In this document: positions 30,785-44,013 of the stretch, one piece after another
How positions within the stretch are numbered: the first letter of the stretch is position 1
Layout of the letters: each line of letters begins with the position of its first letter
Notes under the pieces: model-generated
The model's input: only the letters and a program-made list of their open reading frames with translations
What the model was told of the DNA's origin: nothing
The model's database searches: none
Program-made: the position numbers and the translations under genes
NCBI RefSeq assembly: GCF_009914755.1
Contig: NC_060948.1
DNA length: 64,000 bases
Reading direction: 5' to 3' (one strand)
Source: the human T2T-CHM13v2.0 reference genome, Homo sapiens

Positions 30785-31077
30785 TTTATTTATTTAGTTG
30801 AGACACAGTCTGACTCTCACCCAGACTGCAGTACAGTGGTACACTTGTGACTCATTGCAGTCCTGACCTCCCTAGTTCAAGTGGTCCTCCCAACTCAGCC
30901 TTTAGAGTAGCTGGGACTACAAGTGCGTGCCACCATGCCTGACTTTTTTTGTATTGTTTGTAGAGATGTGTTTTTGCCATGTTGCCCAGGCTGGCCTCGG
31001 ACTCTTGGGCTCAAACTATCCACCAGTCTCGGCCGCCGAAGTGTTGGGATTACAGGTGTGAGCCGCCACCCCCAGCC
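30785..31077 (-). mobile_element. AluJ
   Basis: GAGACACAGTCT...GCCATGTTGCCCAGGCTGG...TGGGCTCAA. Confidence 0.88.
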
Positions 31078-31417
31078 TATTTAATGTATTATTTGTTAAA
31101 TATTTATACTTTTTCACTCTTTCTGAGAAAGTCTGGATATGCTTCATTCATTTTAGAAACTTATCCACTTTATTTACCAACATGTGGGCTATGCATAGTA
31201 GTGTGTCTATTTCTAAAACATTTAACCTCACAGAATTATTGGCTTCTCATATTTTTAATGTTTTAATGCATTTTAACAAAGGTTTCTTTTTTAATTTCTT
31301 ATTTTGTTAGTCTGTTCAAAGCATCAGCTTCGGGTCTTTTTTCGTCTCCTTATTGTTTATTTTATTTTTCTTTATTTTTTCTCTTAACATTATGATATAC
31401 TTCTATTTTCCTTGAGT

Positions 31418-31531
31418 TTTGCTGTTGTTCTCTTTCTACCTTCTGTAGTTGGATGCATAATTCATTTCTTATTTGCTGTTGTTCTCTTTCTACCTTCTGT
31501 AGTTGGATGCATAATTCATTTCTTATTTGCT
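31418..31531. repeat. Perfect 54-bp tandem duplication
   Basis: 31418-31471 is identical to 31472-31525, followed by a TTTGCT microhomology. Confidence 0.95.
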
Positions 31532-33539
31532 AGTAGAAATATGAATCTCTAAATTTTGCCTTGGCATATTTTTAGTGACAATACACATGTGTTTATGTGC
31601 ATTAATTTCTTTATTTAATTTAAAATATTTTAATAATTTTATTATGTTTGACTCATGAGTAATTTGCAAGTATGGTCTTAAATTTCTGTTTTCAAGGGCT
31701 TTTAAAGTTATATGTCTTGTAGTATTTTCTCCAAATAACACTAGTCAGAGAACAAACTGTGTGTGTCATACAAACTGAATTACAAGACTCATATGTGGCT
31801 TAAATGTATTATAAATTCCCAGTCGAAAATTTGTTCTTCTCATATTCAGAATCAGAGAGGAGATTCTTTGTTCCCTTCATGTGGCTAATGGTTGATTTTT
31901 TTTCCTCCATGGTTCACTCTTTTCACTCTTTACTGGAAATATAATACTTTATGAGATTCAACATTGTACAATGGAACGTGTGTTGATTCTCCACTTCATA
32001 TGGGTACAAAACCTTATCTCCCATCCCACTGCTGAAATTGTAACAGGAGGTCTTAGATTTTTGATATTCCCCTTCCCCATATTCCCATTATCCAAGGTGT
32101 CAAGTCACTAGCTTATTTGGTTTTCAGGTCCCTTATTTTTTTCTGGTCACTAAGAATTTCCTTTATTTCTCATAAGCTCAGCTATGCATTTAATTTTAGA
32201 AAATACCTCACTATTTTTGAGAGAGTGGATGCTATGTAGGCCACCAAATTATGAGAATTTCTTCTTCTTAAAAATGTTTCTTGGAGATTTTTCCATATTA
32301 GCATAGATATGAGGCCTTATGTAGTCTGATGATGATACATCACTCTGTCCTATCCCTATACCATTACTTTGTCAAAGCCCACCTGGTGAGCATGTGCCTG
32401 TCTGTATTTTTGTGACTAGTGCGATAACATTTATTCTTAGATGTAAATTTGGTTTGTCAAGGAAAGGACCTCATAAAATTTGACAGATATATTCACATCT
32501 TCCACTATAAGAGTGCATCAACAGTAGATGAATACTCTGGTATTTTTCCAGTAAACTCTTTATTCTTTGTCAATCTTTTTAGTAAAGTATAGACTTCCAT
32601 AGTTACCCCAAAGTTGATTTTTTGAATTGTTAATGACATTAAATATTGATACATGCCAATTGGTCATTTATGTCTTTGTTCAAGTTTCTATTTTTTTCTT
32701 ATTGAATAATGAAAGCTGTTTTTTTTAGCAAAAATGCAGGAAACACACTTTATTCTGTTTGTATTAGTTGTTGTGATTTCTTTATGACTATACATGTGAA
32801 AAATGATTTAATTGTAAGCATTAAATTGATCAGCACTGTTTCTTGATTGTTCCTGTTACATGTCAAGTGGTTATTAGTCAGCATAGGCCAGGTGATAATA
32901 AAGTGCTAAGCTCCGAATTTCATTGGGTCAAACGACAAAGTGTCGTTTATTACTTAATACACATGTCAATTCTAAATCCCAGGCAGAACGAGCTTCCACC
33001 ATTTACAATATCACCAACCGTAGTGGTAAAAGGAGAGTTTTGCCTTTATAATTGTTTCTATTCACATATGCTTGTTGAAATAATTTTTGTGGTCTCACCT
33101 AAATTCAAGAGATTAAGGAAGTGCAACCAAACTGTGTAAACAGAAGACTATATTCAGATATTAGTGAACATTGATAATATGTACCTTGTATTCCTAGAAA
33201 GGAATTTCCTCATAGATTATTCTAAAGTTCACTTGTGTGTTCGTGTAACATTATCAAAAGATGCCAAATGTCTCATTAAAACATTTTCTTAAACTGGCAT
33301 TTATTTCAATCTGAATGATGAAATAGAAGTCCTTCTTTGTTACAAAAATAATTTATGTTCTGACACTATTTATTGACTAACATCTTTCACCACTGACTTA
33401 AAAGGCCCTTTTATGAAACAAAATTTTAGCTTCCACTTGTATCTATTCTAACACATTAACTATTTATGTTTCATTAAATATTAAATAGTTTTCATGAAGC
33501 TTTTACAATATTCAAAAATATTATAATATTCAATAACAC

Positions 33540-34118
33540 AATCTGTTTCTCCAAAAATTAAACAGACACTTATACAATTCAGCAATTCCACTTGTGCATA
33601 TACAACCAAAGGAATTTAAATCAAGTATGTAAACAAATCTTAATAAACTAATGTTCACAACAATGATACTCACGATAGCCAAAAAGGTGGAAACAATGGA
33701 AATGTCCATTGAAAGATGAATGGATGAACAAAATGTGGTATGAAATAATGTCTTAAAAAATAAAGGAAATTCTGAGACATGCTTCAACTTGGGTAAACAC
33801 TGAAAACATATTATGCTAAATGAAATAAGCTAATAACAAAAGGACAAATACTGTATGATTCTAATTATTTGAGGTACCCAGATTAGTCAAATTTCTAAAG
33901 ATAGAAAGTTGAATGATGTTTGCAAAATGATCAGGGATGGGACATATGTGGAGTCATTATTTATGGGTAGAGAGTTTCAGTTTGGAAAAAGGAAAGAGTT
34001 CTGGAAATGGATGGTGGTATTGACAGCACAACAATTTGAATGCACTTAACAACACTGAACAATATACTTGAAAATGATTAAAAAAAAATTTTATGTTATG
34101 TATAATTTACTACACAAG
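33540..34118 (+). mobile_element. L1MB 3' end
   Basis: GAGAGTTTCAGTTTGG...GTTCTGGAAATGGATGGTGGT...TTTTATGTTATGTATA. Confidence 0.85.
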
Positions 34119-34134
34119 TCAATCTTGCTCATTT

Positions 34135-37100
34135 CTTTTTTATCAAGTTTTTTTCAAATTTTTTATTCTATAGTCTTTAGGGAAATAGGTGGCATTTGGT
34201 TACATGAGTAAGTTCTTTAGTGGTGATTTGTGAGATTTTGGTGCACCTATCACCCGAGCAGTATACACTGAACCCAATTTGTAGTCTTTTATCTCTCATC
34301 CCCTTCCCACCCTTTCCGCTCAGTCCCCAAAGTTCATTGTATCATTCTTATGCCTTTGAATTCTCATAACTTAGCTCCCACTTATGAGTGAGAACATATG
34401 ATGTTTGGTTTCCCATTCCTGAGTTACTTCACCTGGAATAATAGTCTCCAGTTCCATCTAGGTTGCTGCGAATGCCATTAATTTGTTCCTTTTATGGCTG
34501 AGTAGTAATTTCTTTAACCACTGGTTGATGGATGGGCATTTGGGCTGGTTCCATATTTTCGCAACTGCAAATTGTGCTTCTATAAACATGCATGTCTAAG
34601 TATCTTTTTCGTATAATGACCGTTTCTTCTGGGTAGATACCCAGTAGTTTGATTGCTGAATCAAATGGTAGGTCTACTGTTAGTTCTTTAAGGAATCTCC
34701 TCACTGTTTTTCATAGTGGTTGTACTAGTTTACATTCTGACCAGCATTGTAGAAGAGTTCCCTTTCCACCACATCCACACCAACATCTATTATTTTTTTA
34801 TTATGGCCATACTTGCAGGAGTAAGGTGGAATTGCATTGTGGTTTTGATTTGCATTTCCCTAATTATTAGTGATGTTGAGCATTTTTTCATATGTTTGTT
34901 GGCCATTTGTATATCTTTTTTTGAGAATTGTCTATTTTCACTTTTTGATGGGATTGCTTGTTTATTCTTATTAATTTGTTTGAATTCCTTGTAGATTCTG
35001 GATATTAGTCCTTTGTCAGATGTATAGATTGTGAAGATTTTCTTCCACTCTGTGGGTTGTGTGTTTACTCTGCTGAATGTTCCTTTTGCTGTGCAGAAGC
35101 TCTTTAGTTTAATTAAGTTTCACCTATTTATCTTTGTTGCTGTTGCATTTGCTTTTGGTTTCTTGTTCATGAAGTCTTTGCCTAAGCCAATGTCTAGAAG
35201 GGTTTTTCTGATGTTATCTTCTAGAATTGTTATGGTTTCAGGTCTTACATTTAAGTCCTTGATCTAGCTTGAGTTGATTTTTGTATAAGATGAGAGATGA
35301 GGATCCAGTTTCATTCTCCTAAATGTGGCTTGCCAATGATCCCAGCATCGTTTGTTGAATAGGGTGTCCTTTCCCCACTTTATGTTTTGGTTTGCTTTGT
35401 CAAAGATCAGTTGGCTGTAAGCATTTAGCTTTATTTCTGGGTTTCTATTCTGTTCCATTGGTTTATGTGTCTATTTTCATGCCAGTACCATGCTGTTTTG
35501 GTGACTATAGGCTTGTAGTATAGTTTCAAGTCAGGTAATGTGATGCCTTCAGATTTGTTCCTTTTGCTTAGTTTTGGCTATGTGGGTTCTTTTTTCATTC
35601 CATATGAATTTTGGAATTGTTTTTGCTAGTTCTGTGAAGAATGATGGTTGTATTTTGATGGAAATTGCATTGAATTTGTAGATTACATTTGGCAGTATGG
35701 TCATTTTGACAATATTGATTCTATCCATCTGTGAGCCTGGGTGTATTTCCATTTGTTTGTGTCTAGTATGATTTCTTTCAGCAGTGTTTTGTAGTTTTCC
35801 TTATAGAGGTCTTTCACCTCCTTGGTTAGGTATATTCTCAGGTATTTTATTTTATTTTATTTTATTTTTTGCAGCTATTGTAAAAGAGATTGTGTTCTTG
35901 ATTTGATTCTCAGCTTGGTTGCTGTTGATGTGTAGCAGATCTACTGATTTGTGTACATAAATCTTTATTCTGAAACTTTGCTGAATTCATTTAACAGTTC
36001 TAGAATCTTTGTGGAGGGGCTTCTTTTGTGTTTTCTAAGGTATATGATCATATCATCAGTACACAGTGACTGTTTGACTTCCTCTTTAGTGGTTTGGATG
36101 CTCTTTATTATTTTCTCTTGTCTGATAGCTCTGGCTAGTATTTCCAGTACTATGTTGACTAGAAGTGGTGAGAGTGGACATCCTTGTCTTGTTCCATTCC
36201 TCAGAGGTAATGCTTTCAAATTTTCTCTGTTCAGTATTATGTTGGTTGTGGGTTCGTCATAAATGGCTTTCATTACTTTAAGGTATGTCCCTTGTATGCT
36301 GATTTTGCTGAGGGTTTTAATCTTAAAGGGATGCTGGATTCTATCAAATGCTTTCTCTTTGTCTCTTTAGTTGATTGTGTGATTTTTTTAAAAGAAATTT
36401 TGTTTATATGATGTATCACATTTATTGACTTGCATATGTTAAACCATGTCTCCATCACTGGTATGAAATTCACTTGATCATGGTGTATTATCTTTTTAAA
36501 ATGCTGTTGGATTTGGTTAGCTAGCATTTTGTTGAGGATTTTTGCATATATGTTCATCAGATATTTTGGTCTGTATTTTTCTCTTTTCATTTTGTGTTTT
36601 CCTGCTGTTGGTATTAGGGAGACCCTGGCTTCATAGAATGATTTCCACTTTCTCTATTTTGTGGAATAGCATCAATAGGATTGGTACCAATTCTTCTTTG
36701 AATGTCTGGTAGAACTCAGCTGTGTATCCATCTGGTCCTGGACTATGTTTTGTTGGCAATTTTTGTATTACCATGTCAATCTCACTGCTTGTTATTGTCT
36801 GTTCAGGGTTCCTAATTCTTCCCGATTTAAGCTAGGAGGATTGTGTATTTCCAGGAGTTTATCCATCTCCTCTAGGTTTTCTAGTTTATGCATGTAAAGG
36901 TTTTCATAGTAGCCTTGAATAATCTTTTGTATTTTTGTGCTGTTGGTTGTAATATCTCCCATTTTGTTTCTAATTGAGCTTATTTGGATATTCTCTCTTC
37001 TTGGTTAATCTTGCTAATGATCTATCAATTTTATATATCCTTTCAAAAAAACAGCTTTTTGTTTCATTTATCTTTTGTATTTTTGTTCCAATTTTATTTA

Positions 37101-38575
37101 GTTCTGCTCCAATCTTGGTTATTTCTTTTTTTTTCTGCTGGGTTTGGTTTGTTCTTTTTTCTGCAGTTCCTTGTGGTGTGACCTTAGATTGTCCATTTGT
37201 GCTCTTCCAGACTTTTTGATGTAGGCAATTTAAGGCTATGAACTTTCCTCTTATCACTGCCATTGCTGTATCCCAGAGTTTTTGATAGGTTTTGTCACTA
37301 TTATCATTCAGTTCAAAGAATTTTTCAATTTCCATCTTGATTTCCTTGTTGACGCAATGATCCTTATCAGCAGGTTATTTAATTTTCATGTATTTGCATG
37401 ATTTTGAAGGTTCCTTTTGGAGTTGATTTCCAATTTTATTCCACTGTGGTCTGAGATAAATAAAGAAATACTGATTTATGTATATACTTATTAATAAATA
37501 TGTACCAGTAAATATATATTTACTTTATTTAACATATAACTATATATTAATTATATGTATTTATTTATTAAATATATTTAATATATTATTTACATTTACC
37601 TGGTGCTTTTGCCTCATGGCTCTTAATATTCTTTCCTTTGTCTTGACTTTAGATAACCTGATGACTATGTGCCTAGGTGATGATCTTTTTGTGATAAATT
37701 TCCCAGGTGTTCTTTGAGCTACATGTATTTGGATGTCTAGATCTCTAGCAAGGCTTGGGAAGTTTTATTGATTATTCCTTCAAATATGTTTTCCAAATTT
37801 TAGATTTCTCTTCTTCCTCCAGAACCTCAATTATTCTTATGTTTGGTCATTTAACAGAATCCCAAAATTACTGGAAGCTTTGTTAATTTTTTAAAAAAAT
37901 TATCTTTGATTGGGTTCTTTTGAAAACCTTGTCTTTGAGCTCTGAAATTCTTTTGTCTGCTTATTTAATTCTATTGCTGAGACTTTCCAGTATATTCTGC
38001 ATTTCTCTAAGTGTGCCCTTTATTTCCTGAAGTTTTTATTGTTTTTAATGTATGCTATCTATTTCACTGAAGATTTTTCCTCTCATATCTTACATCATTT
38101 TTTGGTTTCCTTAAGTTAGACTTCACCTTTCTCTGGTGCCTCTTTGATTAGCTTAATAATCAATCTTCTGAATTCTTTTACTGGCAATTCAGGGATTTCT
38201 TCTGGGTTTGGATCCATTGCTGGTGAGCTAGTGTGATTTTTTGGGGGCGTTAAAGGACCTTGTTTTGTCATATTAGCAGAATTTTTTTCTGGTTCCTTCT
38301 CATTTGGATAGGTTACGTCAGAGGGAAGATCTGGGGCTCAAGGCTACTGTTCAGAATTTTTTGTCCCACAATGTGCTCCCTTGATGTAGTGCTCTCCCGC
38401 TTTTACTAGGGATGTGGCTTCCTGAGAGCTGAACTGTAACAATTGTTTTTTTCTTTTCTGGATCTAGCCAGCCAGCAGGGCTACCAGGCTCTGGGCTGGT
38501 ACTGTGAGATGTCTTCACAGAGTACTGTGATGTGAACCATCTTCAGGTTTCTCAGCCATGGGTACCAGTCTGGCA
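34135..38575 (-). mobile_element. L1PB1-like element with an internal deletion and a missing 5' end
   Basis: PB1-type 3'UTR (AAGTTCTTTAGTGGTGATTT...CACCCGAGCAGT); ORF2 RT motif [12 protein letters not shown] and TDDMIIYL; ORF1 remnant from about 37600. Confidence 0.9.
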
Positions 38576-39975
38576 CCTTGTCTGTTTTCTTTAAGGAATC
38601 CCAGGCTGTTAGAAACTATTTTATATCCCTCATGAAGCAGAGGGTGACAAGAGATAGGAGAGACAAGCAGAAGTAAATTGAGAAAACAGAATTCAGTAAA
38701 CTAAGAAGAGAAAAAAATTCTCAAAAAGAACAAAGTCCTGGAAAAAAAATATATAAAGGCCTCTTGTGCGTGTGTATCACATATGTGTGTGTATGCATGA
38801 ATATATATACACATGCACACACACACATACACACACATAAAGATTCTATACATTTTACTTCAGAACCCTACCCAACACTGGTTTTTATGTTAGTAGAAAA
38901 GTAACAGCAGATTTAAAGCAGGAAGAAAAGAAAATAGGGAAATAGAGAATTTAGGAATTCTATAGTTTGAACATCGACTTTTAGGCTCTTTTTTCCTCAT
39001 GTAAGTGTGCACAAAAATAGCATAATATGTCTGTTTTACACCAATACTTGCAAGTAGAGGTGCCGTCAAACAAATTGTTTTTCTGAAAGTGGGTCATTCT
39101 CTTTGTGTTTTCCTCATTCTTAGATTATTTGTTTCCCACTACTTATTTTAATGGAGACACTGGACTGTGGCCTAGGCTTTAGTGTAGTGTGTCAAAATGT
39201 GCTGATTGTGGATGGAACTCTATAGTGTGTCACCACTGAGTCATTTCTGCCCTTTTATGTGCCTCAGTTTCTCCCTCCAGAGGTCTAACACCTCCAGGAG
39301 GACACAAAGAATGGAATGACCACCTCCTATATATATCTCCTGGATTAGCCTTCTGAAACTAATTTTGTTAGGGGTTCCCTCTCGGGTTGCTACAGGTTAC
39401 AAGGGATCAACCCCTCAAACACTCTCACTCAATGACTGGTCACCTAGGAGTGCCTTTCAGTTGAGAGGAGCAAAATGCCCTTTCTCTTCAGAACTGAGAA
39501 AACTCAGTCTCTCATTTATCTATGAATACAAGAGTTCAGTTTCTCATGCAAATGCATAAGCAAACCAAATTGAGATTAATTGGGGAGAAAAAACAATGGA
39601 GATGACCCTTTAGAACGCACTTCTGAACTAGCACCGGGGTGCCTGAAAGTGGAGTGTTCTCGTTGTTTTTAGAAAAAGGCAATGGAGAAGGCCATTTAGA
39701 ATACACCTCCAAACTAGTATTAGGAATCTAAACAACAGCTTTCTAGGAATAAATAAATACATAACAATAAATAAATAAACTGCTCAAAATAAGTCAAGGA
39801 CCATCAACCAAAGGGAGGTCTGGGGCTCAGGAGGACTTACCAGTTCTACCAGAGAAGAAGCTCTAAGTCAAGGGAGGCTTTCAATGGGTTCCAGCTGGTA
39901 CCTTAACTCCAGGTTCAGGCAACTTCATGGTCCTGAGTCTTTTCTGAGGCCCCACATGTTTGGGCACCACATTAT
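38576..39975 (-). mobile_element. MER4(B)-int 5' internal fragment
   Basis: Adjoins the LTR; minus strand reads TGGTGCCCAAACATGTGGGGC (Lys-like PBS); contains CA/TA-rich and AAAT tracts. Confidence 0.7.
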
Positions 39976-40591
39976 TGTCAACAAAAAGAGTCAAAATCTG
40001 TAAAATATGTGAAAAGATTTATTCTGAGCTGAATATGAGTGGCCATGGCCTATGACACAGCCCTTAGGAGACCCTGAGAATATGTGCCCAAAGCGGCCAC
40101 AGTGCAGCTTGGTTTTATACACTTAAGGAAAACATGAGACATCAATCAAATACATTCAAAATATACATTGGTTTGGTCTAGAAAGGCTCAACAACTCAAA
40201 GTGGGGGCTTCCAGGTTTATAGGGAAATTTAAAAATTTTCTGAGTGGCAATTGGTTGAAAGAGCTATTACCAATAGAAACGAACGTCTGGGTTATGACAA
40301 GAGGTGGTGGAGACCAAAGTTTTATTATGCAGATGGAGCCTCCAGGTAGCAGGCTTCAGAGAGCATAGATTGTAAATGTTTCTTATCAGACTTAAGGTGT
40401 GTGTTGATGTTAAATGCTCTTCTGCTTTTTCTGAATTCCCAAAGGGAGGAAGAAATACTGAAGCATGTCTGACTTCCACTTCCCATCATAGCCTGAACCA
40501 GTCTTGGAGGTTACATTTGGGGGACCCTGTTCTAGAAGAGGAGGTTCATTCAGATGATTGGGGGGAATTTGAATTTTATATTTGGTTTATG
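39976..40591 (-). mobile_element. MER4B-like LTR (5' LTR of the truncated provirus)
   Basis: TGTCAACAAAAAGAGTCAAA...TGTGCCCAA...GCTTGGTTTTATAC...TTTGGTTTA; about 616 bp. Confidence 0.82.
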
Positions 40592-41524
40592 TATTGACCC
40601 AGCCTTAAATGCTAGGAATCAATTCCACTGGTGTATACTTCTGTTTATAATTGTTGGATTTAATTTGCTAATATTTTGTTAAAGATTTTTGTATTATGTT
40701 CATGGGAGATATTGGCCTGCAGCTTTCCTTTATTGTAATATTTGTGTGTGGTTTAGGCATTAGCATAATGCTTTCCTCATAAAATTAGTTAGAATACATT
40801 CTCTCTTCCCTATTTATTGACAGTCTCTATTTTTAATTAGTGTATTTAGATCATTGACATTAAAAATGCTTATTAACATAGTTGAATTAATATGTATTAT
40901 ATTTGTTCCCCTTCTTATTGGCCTCTTTCTTTGTTTTATATTTCATTCTTTTTCTCCCTTCTTTGGTTTTCATTTAAGATCTTATATAATTTAATTTTTT
41001 TCTCTTAGCGTATTTACTATACTTTTTATAAAACTTTTTCTAGTGGTTGCCTTTGTGATTGCTATAAAAATTTACAACTAATCGAAGCCCACTTTCAATG
41101 AACACAATACCACCTCCCAGATAATGCAAGTATTTTATAGTAGCATATTCCCAATTCCTTCCTCTCATCCTTTGTAACATTACTGCTATAAAATTTTCTT
41201 GTCCATAAGCTATAATCACCAATGCCATCATTGCTATTATTATTGTGGTCAAACACTTATCCATTAGATACATTAAGAATACGAAAGATGAAAGATTTTA
41301 TTTTACCTTCAATTATTCCTTTGCTAATGCTCTTTCTTCCTTTTATGTAGATTTAAGTTTTTGATCTATATCAATTTTTCTTTCTAATTTTTTTAACGTG
41401 TCTTACAAGGCAGATCTTTAGGCAAAAAATTCTTCGAATTATTGTTTATCTAAAACATCTTTATTTCTTTTTAGATTTCTGAAGGATAATTTTTGCTGAA
41501 ATTAGAATTCCTGGTTGATGATTA

Positions 41525-41957
41525 TGTGAATCCCAAAAATTTGAGACAGGTCTCAGTTAATTTAGCAAGTTTATTTTATCAAGGTTGAGGATGCACCTGT
41601 GATACAGTCTCAGGAATTCCTGAGGACGTGTGCCCAAGGTGGTCAGGGCACAGCTTGGTTTTATACATTTTAGGGAGATATGAGACATCAATCAATATGT
41701 GTAAGAAGTACATTAGTTCTTTCCAGAAAGGTGGAGACAACTCAAGTTAAGGTCCCCCAACTGGGGGCTTCCAGGTTACAGGTAGGTGAGAGGCAGATGG
41801 TTGTATTCTTTTGAGTTTCTGATAAGTCTTTCCAAGGGAAGCAATCACAGTATGAATCTATCTTTGTAAGCAGAGGGATGACTTTGAATAGAATGGGAGG
41901 CATATTTGCCCTGAGGGGTTCCCAGCTTGAAGAGGCCCAATATATTTTCCTTTCACA
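41525..41957 (-). mobile_element. MER4A1-like solo LTR
   Basis: Minus strand starts TGTGAAAGGAAAATA; 433 bp; perfect TSD ATTA. Confidence 0.87.
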
Positions 41958-42026
41958 ATTATTTTATCTCAACTACTTAAATATTTCACACCATTTTATC
42001 CTTGTTTGCATGGTATCTGAAAATAA

Positions 42027-42342
<316 letters not shown>

Positions 42343-43411
42343 GTAATATTTAATTCTTATCCTTCTTTCTCTGTAAGATATATTTTTTCCCGTGCCTTCT
42401 GTCAGGATGTTTTTCCTTGTCTGATATCTGCAGTTTAAATATGACATGCCTACAGCTAGAGTTTCTTTCTTTTTTTTTCTTCTTGTTGGTTTGTTTTATC
42501 TTCCTGGTGTTTGCTAAGCTTCCTAGAGCTATCTGTAGTTTAGTTTCATTTTCTTCCCTTTTTTTTTTGTTTTTGAAAATTCTCACTCATTGCTTCAATT
42601 ATATCTCCTGTCCCTTATCTTTTTCTTCCACTCATATTCCCGTTATACATATATTATACCTTTTTAAAAATTTTCCTAGAGTTCTTGTATATTCTGTCCT
42701 GGCTTTTTAATTACTTTTTTTTTTTTTTGCATTTTAATTTTGGAAGTTTCTACTGACTTTTTTTTTTTACAACTTACTTATTCTTATCTTGGTGATTTCC
42801 AAACTGTTGATAAGACCATCAAATCATCAAAATCACTTTTAATTTCTATTCGATTTTCATTTCTTGCATTTAAAAAAAATTAATTTGTATAGTTTTTACT
42901 ATCTGCTTATATTACTTATGTGTTTTATATGTTATTCACTCTTTCAGAGCTCTTAGCATATTAATCATAGTTGTTTTAAATTTTTGATTTGATAATTTTA
43001 CTATCTCTGCCATATCTGATTCTGATACTTGCTTTGTCTGTTCAAACTGTGTTTGTGTTTTAGTATGTGTTGTAATTTTTGTTTAAAGTTGTACATGATG
43101 TACAGGGTAAACAAACAAATAAACAAAACTGTATTGGTTTTCAGTGTGAGGTTTTACATACCTGTCTAGGGGTTAGGCTATCTTAGCTGTTTGCTGTAGT
43201 TACAGGGTTCAGAGGCTAAAATTTCCTCTGTTGCTTTTTCTACTGTTTGTTTCCCTTTTGTGTTTGGATTTCCCTAAATACTTCTTAGAAATGTGCAGTA
43301 GTTACAGTAGCATTCCCATCTTATTGATACAACTCTGATGACTTGAGAAACACCAGGGTCCTTTGTCTCATGCCAGTAAGATCAACAACATGGACACACA
43401 TCAAGTGGTGA

Positions 43412-44013
43412 TGAAGCAGGAGATGTGAGAGGAAAAACAAATATTCCCTCTTTCCCTTGGTATGAGCAGCTTTCCCCTCGAATCCCTCCCCCTTCTGTGC
43501 GATTGTACCCTGCTCTGCAAGTTTTTATGAGTTTATGGTTTCCTGTTTTCTGTAACTGGTGTCTGTAAGTCTCTGTTTTTTCATCGGAGTAGCACCACTG
43601 AGGTCATGAGACATGCTTGAGCAAGCTTAGATTGCAGCCCTCTGGGTGCCATAGCAAAGGACACAAGATAAGGCTGTGCAGGCATCTTGAGCAAACCTAG
43701 ATAACAGCCACCTGGCCTGCATAGCAAGAGTCACATGTAAGCCTGAGTTAGGAACCTGTCACAGTTTGATTAAGTTTGATTACAGACCATAACTATGACT
43801 GCCTTTGTTCTGCTTCTGTAAGCTTGCTTTCCCCGCCCTGCAAGTTTCACGCCACGGGCAAGCCACCTCCACTTTGGTTGTATGAATAAAAGTCAAGCCC
43901 TGACTTCATTTGTTGCTCAGCCTCTGCATATTAATCTGCTGAGCTGGTGGCCGCCTAAATAAAATCCTTCTGTTCCACCCATTGGTCTCTCTGGTCTCCT
44001 CATTCCCACAACA
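43412..44013 (+). mobile_element. Solo ERV1 LTR (HERV3-group, LTR4/LTR61/LTR76-like) nested in the 3' LTR
   Basis: TGAAGCAGG...TTCCCACAACA, 602 bp, AATAAA; absent from the sister LTR; near-TSD GTGA/GTGT. Confidence 0.75.
43609..43628. promoter_or_regulatory. Consensus p53 response element (motif only)
   Basis: AGACATGCTT followed by GAGCAAGCTT: two RRRCWWGYYY half-sites with zero spacer. Confidence 0.55.

Noticed and set aside
34135-38575. Active L1
   Set aside because: ORF2 is frameshifted, the RT catalytic motif is altered (CTDD), there is an internal deletion, and the 5' promoter is missing.
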